This document shows, one piece after another, positions 41,101 to 48,121 of a stretch of DNA of 64,000 nucleotides. Each line of letters starts with the position of its first letter. Positions within the stretch are counted from its first letter, which is position 1. The position numbers were made by a program, and so were the translations under genes. The DNA lies in NCBI GenBank assembly GCA_965662895.1, contig CBFIJH010000006.1:32001-96000 (forward strand), in the 5' to 3' direction. The DNA is from Candidatus Poseidoniaceae archaeon (GTDB lineage: Archaea; Thermoplasmatota; Poseidoniia; Poseidoniales; Poseidoniaceae). The notes beneath the pieces are model-generated. The model had not been told where the DNA came from, did no database searches, and saw nothing but the letters and a program-made list of their open reading frames with translations.

Positions 41101-43396
41101 ATACGGAATACCGAGTCAAGTCTTTGGCCCAGTGACAACCAGCAACGAAGTCCCTGCACCGCCTGAATGGGCAATTGCTCAACCCTTAGACGGTGGTGTC
41201 GCCGGTGATTTGGAAACAGAGTGGTCTAGATGCAACGCTCTTGACCTCCTTGAGACTCGAATTTATGCATCAACTCAATCAATGACCAACATCCTCGGTC
41301 TTTCCGTTGTATCCTCCGTCGTGCCCTCTGAGGGGAACACTACCATCCTTAGTTTGGAACCCGGCAAACCGTACTGGCTTGGGTTCACATGCGTTGATCA
41401 AACCGGACAAGAAGATGTCATGAATGCAACAATCATTGGGCCCGTGGTTCCAACAGGAGGTGTTGATGACGGTATTGCACCAGCGAAATTGGAAAATGTT
41501 TGGGCCATTGATACCCCGGATGATGAAGGGGGGCGAATTACGGTCGGCTGGGACAAAAGCCCTGCGGATGATTGTGCATATTATGTCGTTTACATGATTA
41601 CAGGCGTCGTTTTCACCACATACCCATCATCAGTCGCTGGATTTTCAGAGTCGAGCATCATCAACAACTGCGATGACAACTCGACAATCGTTTCCCAAAT
41701 TGATGGCCTACCTTTGTCCGATAATTTGGAGTATTACATCGGTGTTGTCGCCTTTGACAGTTGGCTCAATGGGAATATCAATGATGTTGAAATTGTAACC
41801 GCAACGCCACTTGACAATTCAAACGGTGCAGCAATGCCGCCAACACGAATTGAAAACATACAGGCATACGATCATCCGGACGATGATGGAACGGCAATCG
41901 ATGTGGTATGGACTGTCTCAGATGCTGGAGATTTTAGTCACTACATTGTATGGGCCGCTGACAAGCCTGTTGATGATGTGGGGTATTTGTGGAATGCATA
42001 TGGGGACGATCCAGCAAATTGTGGCTGCATCATGATTGACAAGCAGTGGATTGATGAAGATAAGAATCCAATCGAATTGACATTGAACACTGCCCTCTAT
42101 GGGGCTGCAACACAACAGGATGATCAATTCGGTCCATCCGACACACCAAAGTTGATTCAGCCTGGAACCGAACTGTTCGTGACCGTCACAGTTCACGACG
42201 TACAAGGCAATGTCTACACCGATTCATTGCTCTCAGCGAGCGTCATTCCAGTGAACAACTTCGAAGATACAACTCCTCCTCCTAGATTGGACAACATTAG
42301 CCTCAGTGATCGACCAATGGATGATGGTTCAGCGCTCCACCTTGAGTTTGAACTTTCTCCAGCAAGTGACGTCATTCAATACGACGTGTACGCTGCATCT
42401 TGGTCCTTTACAAGCGTTGGAGTAGGAGCGGATGGACCGAATGCTCCGTTGATGACACTCGACCGTAATCCTGACCTACCACTGACCATATCTGAATTGG
42501 CAGGAGATTTGCCAGTTCTACCCGGACAAGAAACGTGGGTCACGGTTGTTCCTGTTGATTCCTCAGCAAATTCGATTCGAACAAATTTGACCGTTGTTTC
42601 TGCACAGTCCATCGATGATGGTGTAACCGACCCAGGCAGTTACTTGCCGAGCATCGGTGGCATTACACTCAAGTGGGTTGAAGAAAGTGAAATTTTGGTG
42701 ACATGGAACCATTCAACCAATCTCAACGTCAAAGGCTACCAAGTTCACATCAGTTCTGAAGACTTCATGGACATCACCGATGCGACATTCGTCGGCGAGA
42801 CGCAAACAGCGAATTCGTATGTGATAACAGAGGCTGTTTTCGACAGTCTTGTCAATTCGTCGAATTGGTTTATTTCAGTAACGCCCTTTGATGAAAATGA
42901 AGTCCGAAATACTGTGGATGCTATGCGAATCAACGCAGTGAATGCTGAAGAACCTGGTGAGAGTGAAAGTTCCGAAAATGGGCTCGAATCGTTGCTAACG
43001 ACACCAAACCTCGTTGCTACTGGACTCGTCCTCATATCACTCTTGCTTCTCATCGCCATCTTCAGAGGAAGAGGAAAGAAGAGTCAGAGTGAGAAGGAGT
43101 GGGATATTCAAACAGCAACATGGGGTATCAGCGATGATGCTTGGAACACGCCAGCACAGTCGAACGTACCAGCTCCGCCACCGGCTGCACCGATTCAAAC
43201 CGATACCCTCTTCCAAGCCGCCGATCGAATCGAACGTCAGGAAAGTGGGCGTGAACAGTACGTTCCGCAAATGCCGGTGATGAACCCAGTCCGAACAAAC
43301 ATCGATGATGCTCTGTTAAACGATCTTGATATCGGAAAGCCACAACAGAAATCAAGTTCGGCCATTGATACATCATTCCTCGATGACTTGTTGTAA
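35108..43396 (+). CDS. Giant (2762 aa) cell-surface protein: signal peptide, Reg_prop-like beta-propeller repeats, about 6 FN3-like domains, C-terminal TM and cytoplasmic tail
   Basis: Repeated LPS(N/D)xIxx motifs, GLARY/GIGRW blades, FN3 units with DxPDDxG loops, TM LVATGLVLISLLLLIAIF followed by RGRGKK; TTTATG TATA-like element about 25 nt upstream of the ATG. Confidence 0.9.
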   Translation: MSKWRGDNQRPRKALFLTALMLLASWSVALAGVPLASAHEAEDVISWPLSGSNDTGWVQLDAVVGSDPILSSQATADWILEFAPGAEISNVSLQIHVNGSDGLMIDEPLMVANDIGINLFDWSGLGTLGASDSFDGANPYADRLSPNSASGAGWTLPSNAVITELAFEALAPLDPITSFTPVTIPLYGAVQHPMDGQLYLQSSTSILVLDANNDPAFIDAYDFNDLNSEIVGMGIGPNNNLHVAFSNGMFKLISYDDGTVSDGLPDAGFEIALFEVLSSGIYTMTSGGTLLKLDASNTWSQVVSASSNNWPTSTEVNDLHEQNGILYAATNSGVGRYDLNANQPLSVWDSANVLHSNNVTMMETAGNQVLFASGDNGLARYNWNSGFWLATWNDANWLPSNDVSGIKAFQDTLHIMTGEQLLRYNLTTGVFGSSIPLNDIALVESDENALFAWSPNGERAPSTMMHVATDGGRIVLVEASMQSTVGREIVLASGPSTPQLSDALEHNGILYAAGYSSETIDRFDVASSVWLTPINIGNPVTSLAVTGDTIIAGTLEDGLFLIENGSIRTNIAAGSNPDANSEYITDIAAVGDCTSTIGCQILFVQEYAAFRADVDSTAVGSATLLTSDYFLTGQVAAYAGVGYWASDEGLLRYDIVNETFLAAWGSTGVNRVDNAPVAVVGDVLHMGLAGYGVARKDLSTGEILPPLTASNRGGLLPSDQIYALDTDGSNLYIGTQQGARKWDGNQMTSFGQGSSWQTRPSQFFDFAIESSSTGGSLYAGTNIGVCKYSIATMSIDDCQNVYDGMPNWATYVVGVNSTTVFGGTFSGVGLIDKSSFSVDDTWEATASTSNALVEIIDDIAYIGLTGIGVARWDINNNEWLTTWTEDNALDNGNEEVTSLLADIQPGYIWIGGRDGFQLLGTANGTEFYDIEKSNSLYSGNGNPFDLTMYGNTMYYHQGTSSDSIYGIDIANFTSITPLDAGQRIGENGGDISGLEIVGDTLLASVVSGQWWNQDGSGGIVQYDLSSNAWNASVLPSGQVNRVTAFESSSGHTWVSWGDLGVEVYSPTGTKLGFWDNLEFPIREIIEYDGLILFATEDGIERFNETSFAWESTWTPGNGIPNNMGDWIGELWTDGSHLVVGSATFAGWGGFQRGIVGHLDGTTGTWSTFNTGQNGIPNGYPLSMSECGSYLYIGLYNNNGGVAYMDLNSSSVVGSFTTSVLQDGRVSAVSCDTSDVLYVAYNLANQGISKYDTSASRWIARITTGTNNLPGDPVWFDAMDYSNGKLMIGYDDAGGFAIISTLGAVSGQASLQRVGTPVTSVKHTGTEWLIGQAGEASGYSRVEKLGGSGLYTAFELPALVSGSIPSMASNGDKIWIATESSTGGNGGGPAAAGILQGTFNSTGGIEWEEGWAFPFSTSISDMRLEGTTLYVSTSGTGLYTLDTLTGILQRQTGSIHNNLGGLGVHTTNGVSTMYVGLLGTFSTSAGVQSYDLTAQQFGNGQLLSGLPSDNIQGFAFSADHVYVATQNGIGRWNVSADDWDNPLTTADGLPSSNIEDVKFISNSLYIASASGLSQYIPTTGAISTNTTADGLLGNSVWSIETYSPPSINQAVQLVLGHDGVGAERPGVSMVDASSNAVVSTHRFDQLPSNYITAIASDYAGLHIATDVGPMVHYDGLTQEFEDGLASFQLPSWPVFRMDSDGTHLMLMGLNALAIVEAHTTSHAIVKSTAVQSPTNVAVGTSGFWLTTSDAGLRGWTPATAFDEMESQTSRSANPLNIGFNSEFMEISNMTHSGYQIDLVTPDNPVELNASIGQAGVHGLLFQTVPLIMTSPVSNAAVWAKSSKLRYDAILELDNSTGVEDGLQLAINNGQLINGTRFVPIKLISPSNGSIEVRLTYDWVRLDTPVEISDMYDRPDDGGGALTVEWTLVHDPDFSRYLVYVSDEPWTALPTDIDLVSRIIDKSESIHSRLKADVTTANGVPLSDGVEYYALVVVEYNNGRYGIPSQVFGPVTTSNEVPAPPEWAIAQPLDGGVAGDLETEWSRCNALDLLETRIYASTQSMTNILGLSVVSSVVPSEGNTTILSLEPGKPYWLGFTCVDQTGQEDVMNATIIGPVVPTGGVDDGIAPAKLENVWAIDTPDDEGGRITVGWDKSPADDCAYYVVYMITGVVFTTYPSSVAGFSESSIINNCDDNSTIVSQIDGLPLSDNLEYYIGVVAFDSWLNGNINDVEIVTATPLDNSNGAAMPPTRIENIQAYDHPDDDGTAIDVVWTVSDAGDFSHYIVWAADKPVDDVGYLWNAYGDDPANCGCIMIDKQWIDEDKNPIELTLNTALYGAATQQDDQFGPSDTPKLIQPGTELFVTVTVHDVQGNVYTDSLLSASVIPVNNFEDTTPPPRLDNISLSDRPMDDGSALHLEFELSPASDVIQYDVYAASWSFTSVGVGADGPNAPLMTLDRNPDLPLTISELAGDLPVLPGQETWVTVVPVDSSANSIRTNLTVVSAQSIDDGVTDPGSYLPSIGGITLKWVEESEILVTWNHSTNLNVKGYQVHISSEDFMDITDATFVGETQTANSYVITEAVFDSLVNSSNWFISVTPFDENEVRNTVDAMRINAVNAEEPGESESSENGLESLLTTPNLVATGLVLISLLLLIAIFRGRGKKSQSEKEWDIQTATWGISDDAWNTPAQSNVPAPPPAAPIQTDTLFQAADRIERQESGREQYVPQMPVMNPVRTNIDDALLNDLDIGKPQQKSSSAIDTSFLDDLL

Positions 43397-43435
43397 CACC
43401 GAGATGCTCAAGGCATAGCGGGTTAAGGGGCAACC

Positions 43436-44194
43436 ATGAGCGGGGTTGTAGGTGGCCCTCGGTCATCGGTATTTTCAACAATGAGGTTCTCAAAGAGAAA
43501 AGGAATCTTCTTGTTTGAGAATCATATCAAGCGTATGAAAATCCATTTAAATAAATTAAGGATTGAAGATTCATCAATTGAAATGGATTCAATACTCGAT
43601 TTCCTATTGAAAAATCCTCCAAAGTTGGCAGAAGGGCTTCTTCGGCTTGAGTGCACCTCTTCCCACAAACTTCATGTTACATACCGTCCCTTTTCAATCC
43701 AAAATGAAGAAGTCGATGCTGTAACAGTTCCAAGTCCTGTTTGGCCAAAACGTGTATCTGGAACAAAGCACGGGGCATGGGAATCTTACATCAAGGCTCG
43801 AGGATATGCAGAGGAGCATGGGGCTGACTTGGCGCTCCTTATTCACGATTTTTCGATTGTAGATTGCGATAGATGCGCGCCACTAATCGTGGATGAAGAC
43901 GGTGTTCTTTGGGCAAGTAACTCCGATCTTTCCGTGCAGTCAATCACATTTGATTTGCTGAAGGATGCCTTACAAATGAAAGGTTATGCCATTCAACGTG
44001 GCCATCTCAATGAGCGCATTGTTGCTCGTTGTGCTGAAGCTGTTGCCGTGGGGAGTGGAGTTGGAGTACTCAAAATCGATTCGATTGATGGCGAACCAAT
44101 CGGAAACGGAAATAAGCATCTTTTCGAATTGTGTAAAACCATCCTCGATGTACAGTATCAAAACGAAAATCAATGGACGGAGGTCTGGAAATGA
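43436..44194 (+). CDS. pabC: Class IV PLP aminotransferase, 4-amino-4-deoxychorismate lyase-like
   Basis: VFSTMR...FENHIKRM, GTKH (PLP lysine), A...GADLALL, IDSIDG; ATGA overlap with the pabB fusion. Confidence 0.7.
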   Translation: MSGVVGGPRSSVFSTMRFSKRKGIFLFENHIKRMKIHLNKLRIEDSSIEMDSILDFLLKNPPKLAEGLLRLECTSSHKLHVTYRPFSIQNEEVDAVTVPSPVWPKRVSGTKHGAWESYIKARGYAEEHGADLALLIHDFSIVDCDRCAPLIVDEDGVLWASNSDLSVQSITFDLLKDALQMKGYAIQRGHLNERIVARCAEAVAVGSGVGVLKIDSIDGEPIGNGNKHLFELCKTILDVQYQNENQWTEVWK

Positions 44195-46401
44195 GATCGA
44201 TGAATTCGATTCGTCAGCTACTCATCGAGCGAGGACTGCTTGGTCAGAACGCTCAGAATTATGGGTCGGCAGATGAATTGATGCTCGTTTCAGCGGGACC
44301 TGAAAGTTATCTCTCTCGATTCTCTCTGTTGTGTGGTCCTTCGAAAAACCGGGTTCTTGTTCGACAACCATCACGTGAGATATTACCGCCTCAGCAAAAC
44401 CATTCCCCACTTTCTGGTGAGATTCGGCTCGAAGAAAGTACAGAATTTGTCTTTCAGCAAGAAACTTGGAACGGTCGATGTTGGATTCAATCACAGTCAA
44501 GTTCGCACTCATCACTCGCAACGGGTTTGAGGGAGGTTTGTCCACAAAGTGCCACTCCTTTTATCGGAAGTCCTCCCGAGGATTTACCCTTTCAAGGCCC
44601 GTTTTGGTCGGGAAGCCTTTCCTACGATCTCTTGCAAATGACGCAACCGATACGTTTGCAATTCCCTCCAAAAGAAGGAACACTCTTGTGTGTTTTATGG
44701 CAAGTTGACCATTGCATTGTTTATGATAAGCAACGCGATTCATTTTTTGTATTATCAACGGACATGGCATGGAAGAACAACGTGTTGGATTGTCTTGAAA
44801 AAATTGATGAAAAAGATGCAACGATTGAAATCCCTCAATCGAACCCTCCAGTCTCAGATTGCAGCGATAAAGAACATGAAAATATCGTCACAGATGTCCA
44901 ATCAGCCATTGTTGATGGTCAATTGTATCAATTGAACTATGGCCGAACCTGGGAAGGTGAGATCCGAGCCGAACCATGGGATATTTTCCGTCATTCTGTC
45001 GCATCGAACCCAGCCCCATATTCTGGTTTTCTGCACATGAAAGATGAAGCGTTTGCACTGGTATCAGCTTCGCCTGAATCGCTTCTTCATACGGAAAATG
45101 GAATCGTTACAACGGCTCCCATCAAAGGTACTGCTCCTCGGGGTGCATCCGAAATCGAAGAATTGCTCCTTCGAGAAGATATGATTTCGGATCGTAAGGA
45201 GCGTGCAGAACACCGTATGTTGGTCGATCTCATGCGGAACGATGTTGGTCGAATTGCCCAACCGAACCAGGTGTGGGTCGACCGTTTTGATGTTGAAGCA
45301 TATGCTGAAGTTCAGCATCTTGTTTCTCGCGTTAAAGGAAAGTTAAGAAAAAATGTTGACCTCTTTGATGCCATTGAAAACGTATTCCCAGGGGGGTCGA
45401 TTACCGGGTGTCCAAGAACTGTTGTCTGTGCAGCAATCGATGAACTGGAGCGGAAATCACGATCTTTTTGGACCGGTTCTATGGGATGGTTTGATCCATC
45501 GACCGGACATTCTTCATGGAATATCCTGATTCGCACTGCAGAACTTCACAAGAAGAATTCACTATGGCATGCTTCCGTAACCGCTGGTGGAGGGATTACC
45601 ATTGAATCCAACCCAAAGTCGGAGGTTGCTGAAGCAAAATGGAAGGCGAACGCTCTTTTGCGTTCGTGTGGATGGATTGACGAACCTGTTACTTCAAATC
45701 CGGGAAAGACTCTGGGAATCCATCCTCTGCCTCTTGAAACGAACCAAAGCAATCATTCAGTCTCATCCGCAATTTACACGAAACAATACAAGAAAAATGC
45801 AATTTTACTCATTGATAACTTGGATTCATTTACGTACAACATTGCCCACGTTCTTTGTGGACTTGGACACGATGTGAACATTCTCTCAGGACGCAAGAAA
45901 TTGCATGTCACGGCTCAACAATTGCTTGATGATTTGCAACCATCGCATATCATTCTCGGACCGGGTCCTGGCTGGCCAGAAGACAGTCCTTTGACCATGG
46001 AACTTGCAAAACTATCACTCAGTGGCGGCACACCGCCTCTTCTGGGAATTTGTCTCGGGCATCAGGCCATCGGAGTCGTGGCAGGACTAAACCTCGTTCC
46101 GAGTCCGATTGGCCCGGTTCATGGCATCCCGGTGAAATGCATGCATGAACATCAAGGCCTGTTTGAAGGATTGGGTGATGTTTTCATGACGCGTTACAAC
46201 TCCTTGACGCATTTATCTGCAGAACTTCTCGAAAACCCAAATCTGATCCTTGATGCAACTGACGATACCGGTTCCTTGGTTCTTGGATTCCACTCAGCAA
46301 ACAGTTCAGTCTTTGGTGTTCAATTTCATCCCGAATCGGTTGGGAGCCAATCTGGAGTTCATATCCTGTCAAAATTTCTAGAATATCGAGCGCATGGTTG
46401 A
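44191..46401 (+). CDS. pabB: Chorismate-binding (PabB-type) domain fused to C-terminal glutamine amidotransferase (PabA/TrpG)
   Basis: GSLSYD, YQLN, SASPE, PIKGT (PabB-type), KERAEHRMLVDLMRND, FPGGSITG; then IDNLDSFTYNI, GPGPG, GICLGHQ, QFHPES. Confidence 0.85.
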   Translation: MRSMNSIRQLLIERGLLGQNAQNYGSADELMLVSAGPESYLSRFSLLCGPSKNRVLVRQPSREILPPQQNHSPLSGEIRLEESTEFVFQQETWNGRCWIQSQSSSHSSLATGLREVCPQSATPFIGSPPEDLPFQGPFWSGSLSYDLLQMTQPIRLQFPPKEGTLLCVLWQVDHCIVYDKQRDSFFVLSTDMAWKNNVLDCLEKIDEKDATIEIPQSNPPVSDCSDKEHENIVTDVQSAIVDGQLYQLNYGRTWEGEIRAEPWDIFRHSVASNPAPYSGFLHMKDEAFALVSASPESLLHTENGIVTTAPIKGTAPRGASEIEELLLREDMISDRKERAEHRMLVDLMRNDVGRIAQPNQVWVDRFDVEAYAEVQHLVSRVKGKLRKNVDLFDAIENVFPGGSITGCPRTVVCAAIDELERKSRSFWTGSMGWFDPSTGHSSWNILIRTAELHKKNSLWHASVTAGGGITIESNPKSEVAEAKWKANALLRSCGWIDEPVTSNPGKTLGIHPLPLETNQSNHSVSSAIYTKQYKKNAILLIDNLDSFTYNIAHVLCGLGHDVNILSGRKKLHVTAQQLLDDLQPSHIILGPGPGWPEDSPLTMELAKLSLSGGTPPLLGICLGHQAIGVVAGLNLVPSPIGPVHGIPVKCMHEHQGLFEGLGDVFMTRYNSLTHLSAELLENPNLILDATDDTGSLVLGFHSANSSVFGVQFHPESVGSQSGVHILSKFLEYRAHG

Positions 46402-46438
46402 AATGACGGCAGTCTTTGGATTGCATTGAGGGAAGAAG

Positions 46439-46825
46439 ATGCCTATCTGTCGACTCTGCTCTGGAACCTATCCCCGTGAATTTTTCATTCATGGAAATGG
46501 ACCAAACACACAAGTTTGTTCCCGTTGTGGAGTCGAGCATGGTTATGTTAGCAAAGATGAGGTTGCGAACCTCTACGATGATACTCTGAAGTCAGCCCGC
46601 CTGAGCACAGTCACACGTCGTTATCGTCCATTCATCTATCTGACCGTTCTATGGGGAATTTACATTACCACAGTTCGCGGTATAAATCCATGGGGATGGT
46701 ACATGCTCATCATGCTGACCTTGCTCACTCTAGCGTCGATTGTTGTCTTCATTACCAGCGGAGCAAGGTACTCTAGCAACCTAGCCCGATTGACTCCAGA
46801 CTATGAACGCCCCAAAGGGCATTAG
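46439..46825 (+). CDS. Zinc-finger (CxxC...CxxC) protein with two TM helices
   Basis: CRLC...CSRC, then two hydrophobic helices. Confidence 0.75.
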   Translation: MPICRLCSGTYPREFFIHGNGPNTQVCSRCGVEHGYVSKDEVANLYDDTLKSARLSTVTRRYRPFIYLTVLWGIYITTVRGINPWGWYMLIMLTLLTLASIVVFITSGARYSSNLARLTPDYERPKGH

Positions 46826-46829
46826 TTCA

Positions 46830-48104
46830 TCACTTTGAATGTATTCTCAAGACATCTCCATCGGAGAGTTGATGATCTGCACCAACAACTCGACGTGTTC
46901 GTCCATCCACACCCTTGATGAAACCATCACCGAGATCGGAGTGGACCTTGTAAGCAACTTGTTTTGCTTGAATTCCTTCTGGTACAACGAGAGCATCAGG
47001 AAGAACATTGCCATCTCCATCCGTCCACTGAGTTTCATCTTGGACAGGATACACGACGATACGTTTGAGCTCTTCAAACAACACTTGGTCGAGTAGCGGA
47101 AGGATACCAGTGCCTTTCATGTTCTGTAGACGTTCTGCCAATACTGCAAGACCCTTCTGTTGTGCTTCACTCATCGATTTTTCTTGATTTAATTCGAACG
47201 AGGTGCTTCCGAGTGTGTAGGTAATGAAGCCTGCTTTGCTTGCTTGGCGTAGTGCAAGTTCGGTTTCAGCAGAGCAAGGTGTAAATGAAGGAAGCACTGT
47301 TTGGAAGTGCTCGACTACACCTTCAGGTGCCAAATCCGCTTTGTTTCCTGCTACAAAGATTGGAAACAGGTGCTCGCGTAACGACGATGCAAGGAGCATC
47401 AGGACGTTGTCTGGCCAATCCCATGGTGAGGTCATATCGGAGTGATTTTGAGAAAAGGCGTCAAAAGCGCGTTGGCATAACACTTCTGTTGCGCCTAAAC
47501 CGGAGAGACGCTCCTGTAGGAACTTTGTGAAACCTTTCACGCCTTCAGCTTGTATTCGCCGAGCTCCTCTGGACCATCCATCTTTGACCAACCCAAGAAT
47601 CCATGCATCCAATTCATTGGTTAGAAAATCCACTTCAGCTTGTGCTTGCTCAATCGCTTCTTCCTTCGTGCTTTTCACACCTGTAGGATTGCCTTCGATG
47701 TCTGTTGTACCTGCAACATCAATCACTTGGATTAATGCATCACAATCTGCTAAATCAGAAAGGAAGGCATTTCCACGTCCCCGACCTTCACTCGCTCCAG
47801 GAACCAATCCCGCAACATCGACAAGCATGCAGGGTACAAAGCGCTGATGTCCATCGCAAGATCCAGTCCTTGGCGTACAGATGCTCCCCCCTCGTTCTTG
47901 AGGAAACTGGGTACGCCCATCCTCCTCCAATCGTTTTCGCAAAACTCCACATGGACAAGGCTTGCGACTTGGAATGAAAGAAAATCCTACATTCGGTTCG
48001 ATGGTACAGAACGGATAGTTTGCAATATCTACAGGGATGAGTGTTGACGCGGCAAAGAATGTCGATTTTCCGACATTTGGCTTTCCAACCAAACCAATAC
48101 GCAC
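46830..48104 (-). CDS. ychF: YchF/Ola1-family OBG NTPase with TGS domain (archaeal type)
   Basis: GKPNVGKST, NYPFCTIEPN, DVAGLVPGA, NKAD, VHSDLG.GFI; likely GTG start 48104 after GAGGCGG. Confidence 0.93.
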   Translation of the reverse strand: MRIGLVGKPNVGKSTFFAASTLIPVDIANYPFCTIEPNVGFSFIPSRKPCPCGVLRKRLEEDGRTQFPQERGGSICTPRTGSCDGHQRFVPCMLVDVAGLVPGASEGRGRGNAFLSDLADCDALIQVIDVAGTTDIEGNPTGVKSTKEEAIEQAQAEVDFLTNELDAWILGLVKDGWSRGARRIQAEGVKGFTKFLQERLSGLGATEVLCQRAFDAFSQNHSDMTSPWDWPDNVLMLLASSLREHLFPIFVAGNKADLAPEGVVEHFQTVLPSFTPCSAETELALRQASKAGFITYTLGSTSFELNQEKSMSEAQQKGLAVLAERLQNMKGTGILPLLDQVLFEELKRIVVYPVQDETQWTDGDGNVLPDALVVPEGIQAKQVAYKVHSDLGDGFIKGVDGRTRRVVGADHQLSDGDVLRIHSK

Positions 48105-48121
48105 GGATTGACCGCCTCGCT

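Noticed and set aside
35108-43396. Possible CRISPR-like or tandem DNA repeats, or a DGR, in the giant gene
   Set aside because: Repeats are visible only at the protein level; no identical spaced DNA repeats, cas genes or reverse transcriptase in the window.
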